Assembly (NCBI GenBank): GCA_025340205.1
Contig: CP006868.1
Coordinates: 1,170,001-1,202,000 of the forward strand
DNA from: Ignicoccus pacificus DSM 13166
Lineage (GTDB): Archaea > Thermoproteota > Thermoprotei_A > Sulfolobales > Ignicoccaceae
Length of the DNA stretch: 32,000 nucleotides
Direction of reading: 5' to 3'
In this document: piece by piece, positions 7,327 through 15,587 of the stretch
Position numbering within the stretch: the stretch's first letter is position 1
Layout: the number at the start of each line of letters is the position of its first letter
Made by a program: the position numbers and the translations under genes
Notes under the pieces: generated by a model
What the model saw: the letters and a program-made list of their open reading frames with translations, nothing else
Told to the model about the DNA's origin: nothing
The model's database searches: none

Positions 7327-9501
7327 ATGCTCGTCGGTGAAAGGGAAGTGAAGAGATTAGCTGTGGTCCTCTTGATGATCTCGCTGGCCTTCGCTCAGCC
7401 GATCCTCCAAGAGCTCTGGAGGACCCCCACCTACCCGATAGTTCCGCTGTCCCTAGCCTTGGCCAACGACGGAGCGATAGCAATGACTGGAGCCGGCTTC
7501 CCCTTTGCCGGGCCTCAGCTGGCCAGCGCCGGAATGCTCTACATATTCTCTCCTAACGGAGTACTCAGAACAGCCTTGCTCTACGGAACCGGAATGAAGG
7601 CTGTAGCCTACAACAAGTACTTCCTAGCGGCCGACAACGACAGAATAATGGTTTTCGGAGAGCTGGGAGATCTAATAAAGGTCATAAACTCCAAGCCCCA
7701 GTACGTGGGTCCTCTAGCCCTTAGCGGAGACACCTTGGTCACTTGCAACGTCGACTGTGCCGCCTATTCACTAAAGACGGGCAAGCTCCTCTGGAGCACT
7801 CCGATAAGCGGAGCCGTCCTAGATTCCCCAGCCATAGCTAAGGAAAGGGTCTACGTACCTGACAGCTTGGGAATGAGCCTCTACGTCCTCGACTTGAAGA
7901 CGGGCAAGAAGCTAGCTGAGGTGGGCTTCCCCTCTCCAGTAATAGGGGTGAGCGCTTGTGAGGACATGCTGGCGGTCCTAACTCCCAAGAAGCTCTACCT
8001 CTTCGACATAAGCTCCGTCAGCCCCAAGGAGGTGTGGAACGTCACCCTCAAGGGCTTTGCCAGAACCGTGGCCTTCGGACCTCACTGTAAGTACATAGCC
8101 GTAGGAGGTGACATGCTCTACTTCTACAACACCAAGGGCAAGCTAGTGACAGACGCCAACCTGGGAGCCACCATCTCCAAGATAAGGTGGAGAGGTCAGT
8201 ACATGGCTGCTATGTTCGATCTGAACGGCAACACTTATGCTATTCTCTACAGGGTAGCGGAAGCCGCCTACAGCAAGTACGGAACTCCTACCACTAGGTA
8301 CGTGCTCAACTTCAAGGAGCTTAAGGGCGTGAAGAGCGCCAGGGCGCTGACCTATCCTTCTCCTAAGGGAACGATATTCTTACTCGTGAGGCTCCAGAAC
8401 GGCACCAGCGAGATATGGACCTACAGCAACAACACCTTCGTGGGAGCCTACAAGCTTCCTCCCAAGGCCTTCCCAGTTTACAACGCCAGAGTAGGCGAGT
8501 TCGCTACCTATCACGACAAGCTCTTGCTAGTAGTAAACGACACGATATACGAGATCTACGGATCCACCGCAACCAAGCTGGCGAGGCTTAAGGGAGCGCA
8601 CGCCCTAAGCTTCGTTCAAATAGGTAAGAACATATATGCCATCGACTACTACGCTAAGAACACCAAGAAGGGACTGTTACTCACCTGCGTTTACTACGAC
8701 GCCCTCCACGGAATGAAGAAGCTCAGGGAGTTCACCTTCGAATTGGGGGAGAACGTCACCGGGTTCACGGTGCTTCCGGACACGCTGGACGCTAAGGGAT
8801 GCATAGTGGTATGGCAGAAGAAGATGGATCCCAACGTCTACTATTGGTACAAGGGAACCAACGGGGACGTCAAGGGCACCTTCAACCCATTCAAGAGTCA
8901 AGCGCTGACGTTTGCAATAATCTTCATGGAAACCAGCAAGGGTAACAGCGTGCCCTACGTCGCTTACACCAGGATAGGTAATGGTCCTAAGGTCCCGCTG
9001 ACAATGATATTAGTAAATCCCTTCACTAAGGAGAACATAACGGTAAAGCTGCCAGGTCCCTACAACGTCGTCGGAACCGGTGATTTCAACGGAGAGGGCT
9101 ACTTGGGAGACTTAGCACTCATAGCAGCTGCTGGAAAGAAGGTGGATCTAATAATCATAAACAGTAGGGGAACCGTGAAGACCATACCTTTGGGACAAAT
9201 CAGCGAGAGCTCAGCTCTGCTAACCGGCTTGGCTTACCACAAGGGCTTCTTCAAGAACGTATTCGGTCTAGGAAACTTCACTGGAGCTATGGTGGACGTA
9301 AAGACCAACATAGGAACGCTGAGGTTCGAGGTAAGAGGGTTAACTGTGGCCCCTTCATCTCTAGGACTGCTGATAAGTCTGACCAAGACTCAGATGTGCT
9401 ACACCGCTATAATCAATCCGTACCTGAGGAACCCCACTACTGGGCAGCTGACGCCTACGGGCGGAAACGTGTACATGGCCTCTGGATGCCTCAAGAGGTA
9501 A
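7327..9501 (+). CDS. Secreted or cell-surface protein with PQQ-like beta-propeller repeats and an FG-GAP/VCBS-like motif
   Basis: Signal-peptide-like N-terminus (KRLAVVLLMISLAFAQP). 'AAYSLKTGKLLWSTP' and 'YVLDLKTGKKLAEV' are PQQ-type blades. 'GTGDFNGEGYLGDLAL' is FG-GAP-like. The true start may be the GTG at 7348. Confidence 0.65.
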   Translation: MLVGEREVKRLAVVLLMISLAFAQPILQELWRTPTYPIVPLSLALANDGAIAMTGAGFPFAGPQLASAGMLYIFSPNGVLRTALLYGTGMKAVAYNKYFLAADNDRIMVFGELGDLIKVINSKPQYVGPLALSGDTLVTCNVDCAAYSLKTGKLLWSTPISGAVLDSPAIAKERVYVPDSLGMSLYVLDLKTGKKLAEVGFPSPVIGVSACEDMLAVLTPKKLYLFDISSVSPKEVWNVTLKGFARTVAFGPHCKYIAVGGDMLYFYNTKGKLVTDANLGATISKIRWRGQYMAAMFDLNGNTYAILYRVAEAAYSKYGTPTTRYVLNFKELKGVKSARALTYPSPKGTIFLLVRLQNGTSEIWTYSNNTFVGAYKLPPKAFPVYNARVGEFATYHDKLLLVVNDTIYEIYGSTATKLARLKGAHALSFVQIGKNIYAIDYYAKNTKKGLLLTCVYYDALHGMKKLREFTFELGENVTGFTVLPDTLDAKGCIVVWQKKMDPNVYYWYKGTNGDVKGTFNPFKSQALTFAIIFMETSKGNSVPYVAYTRIGNGPKVPLTMILVNPFTKENITVKLPGPYNVVGTGDFNGEGYLGDLALIAAAGKKVDLIIINSRGTVKTIPLGQISESSALLTGLAYHKGFFKNVFGLGNFTGAMVDVKTNIGTLRFEVRGLTVAPSSLGLLISLTKTQMCYTAIINPYLRNPTTGQLTPTGGNVYMASGCLKR

Positions 9502-9504
9502 ACT

Positions 9505-9513
9505 CTTTTTATT
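9505..9513 (+). terminator. Oligo-T tract just after the stop of the 724-aa ORF
   Basis: ctttttatt begins 4 nt after the TAA at 9499-9501. Archaeal RNAP terminates at T-runs. Confidence 0.4.
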
Positions 9514-9548
9514 ATGAGCTATCCTCCTTAAGTATTAGAATCATTTGC

Positions 9549-10892
9549 CTATCCTAACGATGTAAAATGTACTATGCAGCTGTAAACCTTATGAAGAAGG
9601 TTATTGATATTTATAAACACGAGGATTAGTAGGACGATCTCGAATACCCATAAGTACTTCCACAAGTACTCGTAAACTGTATCATAATACGTGCTTCCCA
9701 AGAACTCACCGAGTATCATCGTTACCTTTCCGCCATCAGTGATGAATAGAGGTAATGCGTTGAATAGTGCACTGAATAGATTAATAAATATCCACACTAG
9801 GAGCGCAGTGTAAACGTCATCTGGTAAGGGCACTATGCCAATAACCGGTAAGGAGAAGTAACTCACAGCACTAATTCCCTCGAAGTTTCTAGGTAACACT
9901 ATAAGGCCAATTACATCGTCCCGGAGATGCTTATAGTAAACGACAGTGCGATCATCGAGAGGATACTTGATGAGTATTATGTCTCCTTCCATTAGCCTTC
10001 CATTCCGTAATATCTCCACCTTCAAAACTATCGAATTGTGTTTTTGAAGGCCCTTGATAATGATTCTTTCAAGCTCTTTAACGCTTTTGATAGACTTCTC
10101 ATTGATGCTGAGCACCACGTCACCTGTCCTTAGGTCTAGCACTCTTTGATAGAAGCTGTCTTTTTCGACATGCGTAATATAAATGCCGGGACCTTTGAAC
10201 AGTAGTAAGGTGACGATTAATAATGCCATGAGCATGTTAACTCCTGGCCCAGCAGCTGTTGTCTCTATCAGTGGGACGACCTTTTGTGGTGTGCTAAGAT
10301 CTTCTGTGTCTATGTTTACACGGACATAAAAGATAGCTAAGAAAAGGAAGAACCCTACACCGACTTCGCTGACCGAAATCCCTTGTTTGATGGCGCTCCA
10401 ATAGTGAGCTAGTTCATGAACTACAATGGAAATAATAAAGATGATGATGGGTGCTGCGAGTACAGTAAACGAAGGTGCTACTAGAAACGGTAGATAAGCA
10501 AGAGGGACGGTAATGGAAACTTTGCTTATGTTTTTAACGACTTTATCGTTGCTTGTCGGCACTCTTTTAGAACCAAGAAGGACCATCACGTCGTATAGCG
10601 CTAAAACGGTAAATAGAAGAGTGATTAAAAGTATCTCGGTTTCCGTTATCTCGAGCGAAGTTAATAGGATGTACATTCCGAAGAGAAATGCAAGAATGAA
10701 CATAATCGTTAACGTGTCTATGATTATTCTATTTATAATTGATAGTTCAGGTTTGATCCTTTTGGTCTCAAGCTTGCGAATTCGTATTAGAAGTAATCCT
10801 GGGAAGGGTGAGTATATGTGCTCACCATTTCTCAACCTTGATGATGCATAGGGAAGTAAGGAAAGTATTATCAGTAGGGTCTCGATGAGCAT
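9549..10892 (-). CDS. Site-2 protease family (M50) membrane metalloprotease with an inserted PDZ domain
   Basis: HExxH motif 'VHELAHYW' in a TM segment. Second M50 motif 'FNALPLFITDGG' (N.lP...DG). PDZ-like 'LRTGDVVLSINEKSIKSVKELERII'. Multiple hydrophobic helices. The gene is visibly AT-rich relative to its neighbours. Confidence 0.85.
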   Translation of the reverse strand: MLIETLLIILSLLPYASSRLRNGEHIYSPFPGLLLIRIRKLETKRIKPELSIINRIIIDTLTIMFILAFLFGMYILLTSLEITETEILLITLLFTVLALYDVMVLLGSKRVPTSNDKVVKNISKVSITVPLAYLPFLVAPSFTVLAAPIIIFIISIVVHELAHYWSAIKQGISVSEVGVGFFLFLAIFYVRVNIDTEDLSTPQKVVPLIETTAAGPGVNMLMALLIVTLLLFKGPGIYITHVEKDSFYQRVLDLRTGDVVLSINEKSIKSVKELERIIIKGLQKHNSIVLKVEILRNGRLMEGDIILIKYPLDDRTVVYYKHLRDDVIGLIVLPRNFEGISAVSYFSLPVIGIVPLPDDVYTALLVWIFINLFSALFNALPLFITDGGKVTMILGEFLGSTYYDTVYEYLWKYLWVFEIVLLILVFININNLLHKVYSCIVHFTSLG

Positions 10893-11008
10893 GATCTCCC
10901 TTTCTCTAGTTTGAATGAATCATTAAAAATCTATATTAATAGAATTTTATGTTTACGATTCCACATTGATGGGATTTACTGCCGTTGTGACTGTGCTTTA
11001 TGTAGCCA

Positions 11009-11459
11009 TTTTCCATTCACTCTTGTAACTCTTCTGACCAAGGAAACGTACACCTCGTCTGCATACCGAACGTGCAGACTAACGACTTTCCATTCACTAT
11101 TGTGACTCTTCAACACGTTCTCAGCCGGTATCAAGGACGGCCTAATAGTAATCTTTCCATTCACTATTGTAACTCTTCATAGCATTGATAACCATCGAAG
11201 CCGAAGTGTGGACTGATCTTCCTTTCCATTCACTATTGTAACTCTTCAAATAAGGAGTGTATCGAGACGTACATACGCACAGGACAGTATACATGTGCCT
11301 TTCCATTCACTATTGTAACTCTTCACTGCAAAGCCATTGCCGGAGGTAGGATACTACTAAGGTACCACTTTCCATTCACTATTATAACTCTTCTGCTTTA
11401 CAAAGAAGTTGAGCCCTATTGCTTCTGAGACCTCTTTCCATTCACTATTGTAACTCTTC
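11009..11459 (-). CRISPR. CRISPR array: 7 repeats of about 26 nt and 6 spacers (51, 41, 43, 51, 43 and 40 nt)
   Basis: Repeats ctttccattcactattgtaactcttc lie at 11009, 11086, 11153, 11222, 11299, 11368 and 11434 (each +25). The copies at 11153, 11222, 11299 and 11434 are identical. The 11086 and 11368 copies each have 1 mismatch. The 11009 copy has 2 mismatches, making it the degenerate terminal repeat. The minus-strand reading GAAGAGTTACAATAGTGAATGGAAAG ends in GAAAG, like crenarchaeal type I-A/III repeats. This places the leader on the right and transcription on the minus strand. Confidence 0.95.
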
Positions 11460-11981
11460 CGTGACCCTCCTATTTAACTAGTTCTTCCTTTCACTAATAA
11501 GCCATTCCTTTCCCATTGCCTTGATTTGGTTACTTTATTAACTTTGAATACTTAAGCTTTCATGAGAACAGTTTTGCTCTACTTCCATCAATTAGAATTA
11601 CCTAATTGAAACTAATGGTCAAACAAAAGAGTTCATTATCATCGGCGTTTCCATGTATGTGATAATGGAAAGAATTGCTTGATCATAAAGCTAATTGAAC
11701 TTTGAAGTTGCTTAATCGAATAGAGCTCAAGGTGAAGGAAAGAAAGGAGACCATAAACGTTCTGATATGTTCCCATGGAAATCTTAGAATTATTAAATAC
11801 TAGAAAATAAACTGCAAGTCGCGGAGACCCCGAAACTCTGGGTTCCTATGAGATCATTATGTGTCTCCTGGCCCAAGGGTTCAGAGAAAGAGATCGCGAC
11901 ATTTTCGGTCACCTCTACACCTTAAGGTTTCTAATCGTACCTCATTACTAGGTTCGTAATACCTACTACACGGGTGGTAGG
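11460..11981. promoter_or_regulatory. AT-rich CRISPR leader plus divergent cas-operon promoter region
   Basis: About 520 nt with no ORF of 60 aa or more, lying between the intact leader-proximal repeat and csa1. It contains repeat-derived fragments and two hairpins/palindromes (11589-11608 and 11648-11671). Confidence 0.7.
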
Positions 11982-12695
11982 TTGCTCCCGCGGGCGGTCT
12001 GGGACGAGTTGAGGGCGACCGCGGGGGAGGTCATAGTGAACACCAGGGGCTGGGACTGGGCCTTACTTCAGTCCCGCTTCAGAGCTAGACCGAGCATAAG
12101 CGACGTCACCACCCCGTGTCCCACCAAGAGGGACGTCTACCTAAGGAGAATACTAGGCATGAGGATGGAGTCCCAAGCGTTGGAGACCGGAAGGAAGGTC
12201 CACGAGGCATTCATGGCGCCCTTCAAGGGCGAGGAGAAGGAGTACGAGGATCCCCTCCTCAAGAGGGTCTACGAGGAGGCCAAGCTGAGAAAGCTGGAGA
12301 GCGAGCAGGAGGGCATACCGGTAAGCGTGGAGCCTGAGATCCCGGGCTCCCCGATAGGCCTCTCCAGCACTATCAAGCCGGACTTCTTGGTCGGCTTCAT
12401 GCCCGTAGAGGTGGTCTACGGAGGAAACGGCTCACTAGAGAGGAAGAAGATAGCCGTAACCGGCTACGCCCTAGCGTTAGAGTCTTGGATTGGCCTTCCA
12501 GTCGACGCAGCCGTAATAATCAACGTTACAAACAAGAAGACTTACTGGAACGTTGTCAGGATACATGAAGGCTTGAGGAGGAAGTTCATAGAGCTTAGGG
12601 ACGAGGTCGCCAGGATCCTAGCGGAGAAGGAGGATCCCGGAACCTCAGAGGAGTGTCCGAGCTACTGTCCCTTCAAGGAGGTGTGCAAGGGATGA
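11982..12695 (+). CDS. csa1: Csa1-type Cas4-like protein (RecB-fold, type I-A adaptation module)
   Basis: 237 aa immediately upstream of cas1, with an ATGA overlap. It has an N-terminal Cys (TTPCPTKRD), 'RGWDW', 'IKPDFLV...VEVV' and a C-terminal Cys cluster 'ECPSYCPFKEVC'. The order csa1-cas1-cas2-cas4 matches Sulfolobales type I-A adaptation cassettes. Confidence 0.6.
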   Translation: MLPRAVWDELRATAGEVIVNTRGWDWALLQSRFRARPSISDVTTPCPTKRDVYLRRILGMRMESQALETGRKVHEAFMAPFKGEEKEYEDPLLKRVYEEAKLRKLESEQEGIPVSVEPEIPGSPIGLSSTIKPDFLVGFMPVEVVYGGNGSLERKKIAVTGYALALESWIGLPVDAAVIINVTNKKTYWNVVRIHEGLRRKFIELRDEVARILAEKEDPGTSEECPSYCPFKEVCKG

Positions 12696-13618
12696 GGACC
12701 TTCTTCGTGACTGATCCGGGAAGGATAGCTAGGAAGGACGGCGGGGTCGCTTACATCTCCAAGGACGGCGAGGTAAAGTACTTGACGAACGACTACGACG
12801 TAATAGTGGTTGCGAGCTCAAAGGTATCCATAACCAGCGCCGCGATGAGGCTCTTGGCTAGGTACGGAATAGATCTAGTAGTTCTCGAGTGGAACGGAGA
12901 GCCAGTGATAAGGGCCTCCTCCCCCATACCCAACAAGACCGCTATGACTAGGCTGAAGCAGTACGAGGTAATACTGAAGGGGAAGGCTCTCGACTACGCT
13001 AAGCCGATAATAATGAGGAAGATAATAGAGCAAGGGAGGACCCTTAGGTACATAGCTAAGAGCAAGAGGATCAATTGGTTGAGGGATCAGAGCTATCAGC
13101 TGGAGAAGCTCGCTCAAGACGCTTCTTCCGCTCAAGATCCGGACTCCTTGAGAAGCGTAGAAGCCTTAGCAGCTAAGCTCTACTGGGGCCTCCTGAGCGA
13201 GGTGTTCGAGGACTTCCCCGGAAGGATCCAAGAGTCGCAAGATCCCTACAACATGGCTATAAACTACGCTTATGGAATACTCTATTCCAACACGGCTAAG
13301 GCGTTGACCGTGGTGGGCTTGGACATCTACGCCGACTTCTTCCACACTCCGAAGAGCGGGAAGAGCTCCTTGGTTTACGACTTCAGCGAACAGTTCAAGC
13401 CGCTGGTAGATCAAGCCCTGTTCAGCAAGCTGAACTTCGAGAGGCTTCAAGCGGTGAACGGTGCCTTAACTTACGACTCCAGAAAGGAGGTCGCCAAGGT
13501 TGTTACTGAGGCCTTGGAGGAGTGTATAAGCAACTTGTTGCTTGTAGAGGCCTGGAACCTTACCTCCTACCTCAAGGAGGAGAGAGTTTACGTTCCGGGG
13601 TGGAAGAGGTGTATGTGA
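12692..13618 (+). CDS. cas1: CRISPR-associated endonuclease Cas1
   Basis: 'NMAINYAYGILYS...GLDIYADFFHTPKSGKSSLVYDFSEQFKPLVDQ' matches the Cas1 catalytic-region consensus. The start is taken at the ATG at 12692, which overlaps the csa1 stop. Confidence 0.92.
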   Translation: MRTFFVTDPGRIARKDGGVAYISKDGEVKYLTNDYDVIVVASSKVSITSAAMRLLARYGIDLVVLEWNGEPVIRASSPIPNKTAMTRLKQYEVILKGKALDYAKPIIMRKIIEQGRTLRYIAKSKRINWLRDQSYQLEKLAQDASSAQDPDSLRSVEALAAKLYWGLLSEVFEDFPGRIQESQDPYNMAINYAYGILYSNTAKALTVVGLDIYADFFHTPKSGKSSLVYDFSEQFKPLVDQALFSKLNFERLQAVNGALTYDSRKEVAKVVTEALEECISNLLLVEAWNLTSYLKEERVYVPGWKRCM

Positions 13619-13857
13619 TAGCTTCCTATGACATAAGGGAGGATAGTAAGAGGAACAAGGTAATGAAGAGGTTAATGGCGTTAGGCTTCAGCAGGCTTCA
13701 GAAGAGCGTTTACTACAAGAGAGGAGGAAGGGGAGCTATGTTAGACGCCTTGAGGGCGGTACAAAGGCTCTTGGAACCTTATGACAAGCTCTTCATGATA
13801 GTTGTTAGCGACAAGGAGTTCAGGGAGGCTGTAAGGGTTGAAGGGGAAGTTGCTTAA
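13609..13857 (+). CDS. cas2: CRISPR-associated endoribonuclease Cas2
   Basis: 'YVIASYDIREDSKRNKVMKRLMALGFSRLQKSVYY' is the Cas2 N-terminal signature. The GTG start at 13609 overlaps the cas1 end. About 82 aa. Confidence 0.88.
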   Translation: MYVIASYDIREDSKRNKVMKRLMALGFSRLQKSVYYKRGGRGAMLDALRAVQRLLEPYDKLFMIVVSDKEFREAVRVEGEVA

Positions 13858-14375
13858 GGAGTACGTTCTATGTCCTGCCTTGGCATACTTCCAGCACCAT
13901 TTCCCCGAGCCCCCTACTTCATCTATGGAGTTTGGAAAAGAATTAGATGTTAAACAAATAATAGAGTCAAACCTTGAAGATTGAGGGAGAGATCAGATAC
14001 TCGGTATTCTTGAGAGGTTCGCTAGGAAGCGGTGTAGCGGATGCGATTATAATCAATGGCGATTATTTAGAAGTTGTAGAAGTTAAACTAAGGAGGGCAT
14101 ACGATATTAGACCTCATCTAGTTCAAGTTGCGTTCTATTGTCTCTTAGCTGAAGAAATCCTGAGAAAACGATGTAGAAAGGTTCACTTATGTTACCCAGA
14201 AGGCTGCGTTTCGAGGCCTATGAGTCTGTCCCTTAGAGAGAGCGTTTTCGGTCTAGTTGAGGCTGCGGAAAAAGGAATTGAAGAGCTTCGGAAAGCCAAA
14301 CCAAAGAAGTACTGTCAATATTGTAAGTACAAAAGGTTGTGCCCTTTTGCTCATGGAGAAAGTAAGAATAATTGA
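13838..14375 (+). pseudogene. cas4: cas4, split by a frameshift near 13965-13984
   Basis: Frame A (13838-13984) encodes (M)KGKLLKEYVLCPALAYFQHHFPE...IIESNLED*, carrying the Cas4 N-terminal Cys. The listed ORF at 13974-14375 (a different frame) carries the RecB motifs 'GVADAIII...LEVVEVK' and 'QVAFYCL', and the C-terminal 'CQYCKYKRLC'. Together they total about 175-180 aa, a normal Cas4 length. Confidence 0.75.
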
Positions 14376-14431
14376 GTGGGATTACTGGAACACGAAATAT
14401 GCGATAGGTAAGCTCTTCTAAATTAGCTCAC

Positions 14432-15577
14432 GTGAGCACACCCTCACGAGCGACGATGAGGGGGCTCTGCACCATAGCGTTTCTTAGCGGAATAGGGGGC
14501 ACCATAGCCTTCACGTTGATGGCTCCCTTGGCTTCGTACTTGGGAATGTCGCCCTCTGAGTATGCCTTTGCTACCTCCCTCTTCCTCCTCACCTCGACGG
14601 TAAGCTCCTTGGTTTGGGGAAGAGCAGCTGATAAGGTGGGCTCTAGGCCTCTCTTGTTCGTATCGGAAGTAATATTCGTTGTCTCAATATTCGTGCTCTT
14701 ATCCCTCACAAGGGAGAGCATATACTTGTCCAACTTGTTGAGTGGAATAGCTTCCGGAGCTCAACCTATCTACTTCAGCTACATAGCTAGGTCCAAGAGG
14801 CAATTGGAGAGAGCGTTCGGAAAGTTCAACGCTCTAAACCTTGTTGGAGGCGCTCTTGGATCCCTAGCAACGGTGCTCTTCTCCTCCCTCTTCCCTCGCC
14901 CAATTCGCTTTACGTACTCGATAGTATTCGCCTTACTGGCCTACACGCTTTCTCTTCTCTTCGTCCTCACTTTGGAAAACGTGAGGCCGAGGCCGAGAAG
15001 GCTCGGAAAGCCCTCTAGGGAAGTAGCCGGTTTGATAGCGTTTGAAGGCTTGTTGGCTCTCGGAGCCTCTGCCGGTATATGGAACTTCGACTTCTACTTG
15101 ACCTTGAAATATAAGTCCGGGCTGAAGTCAATAGGAATGCTCCACTTCTTCCAACTGCTCCTTCAAGCTCTAGGATCCTACTTGAGCCCTAGGCTCGCCT
15201 CGAGGCTCGGCACCGCTCTAGCTTACTATTCCTTGACGGTGCCGGCTACCCTAATGGTGCTTTTGATTACGCTGACGAACGACTTCCTCCTGGCCTACGT
15301 GCTGTTCATACTCAGGACGGCCTTGATGAACGCAGCCAACCCCCTTCTCTAAGCCCTCTTAGCAAGACTTGTCCCGGAGGAATATTTAGGAACAGTAGCG
15401 GGACTCACGTCTCTATCTTGGAACGTCTTCGCCTTCTTTGGGAAGAACTTGGGAGGGCTGTTAATGCAGATAGACTTAGAGCTTCCCCTGAGGTTCACGT
15501 TCGCTGACTACGTCTTCTCCTTGGCATTCTTGGCATTTGTATTGAAAAGAATTAAGAGGAACACGGAGCACCTCTAG
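14432..15577 (+). pseudogene. MFS transporter interrupted by an in-frame TAA (15350-15352)
   Basis: The 306-aa ORF is hydrophobic and multi-TM. The same frame continues after the TAA as ALLARLVPEEYLGTVAGLTSLSWNVFAFFGKNLGGLL...LKRIKRNTEHL* (to 15577), which is the expected last two TM helices of an MFS protein. The total is about 380 codons. Confidence 0.7.
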
Positions 15578-15587
15578 ACGCCCTTCT

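Noticed and set aside
9549-10892. The M50-PDZ protease as a CRISPR-associated effector.
   Set aside because: The only evidence is adjacency and shared AT-richness. It is transcribed away from the array and no sensor or signalling (CARF/SAVED) gene is present. It is retained only as a compositional-island observation.
10972-10996. Possible eighth, highly degenerate repeat ('atttactgccgttgtgactgtgc') left of the array.
   Set aside because: It would leave only about a 12-nt spacer before the repeat at 11009, and it needs indels to align. It cannot be told apart from chance.
10911-11164. Two listed ORFs (10911-11105 + and 10976-11164 -) spanning the left end of the CRISPR array.
   Set aside because: They read through repeats and spacers, so they are artefacts of the array.
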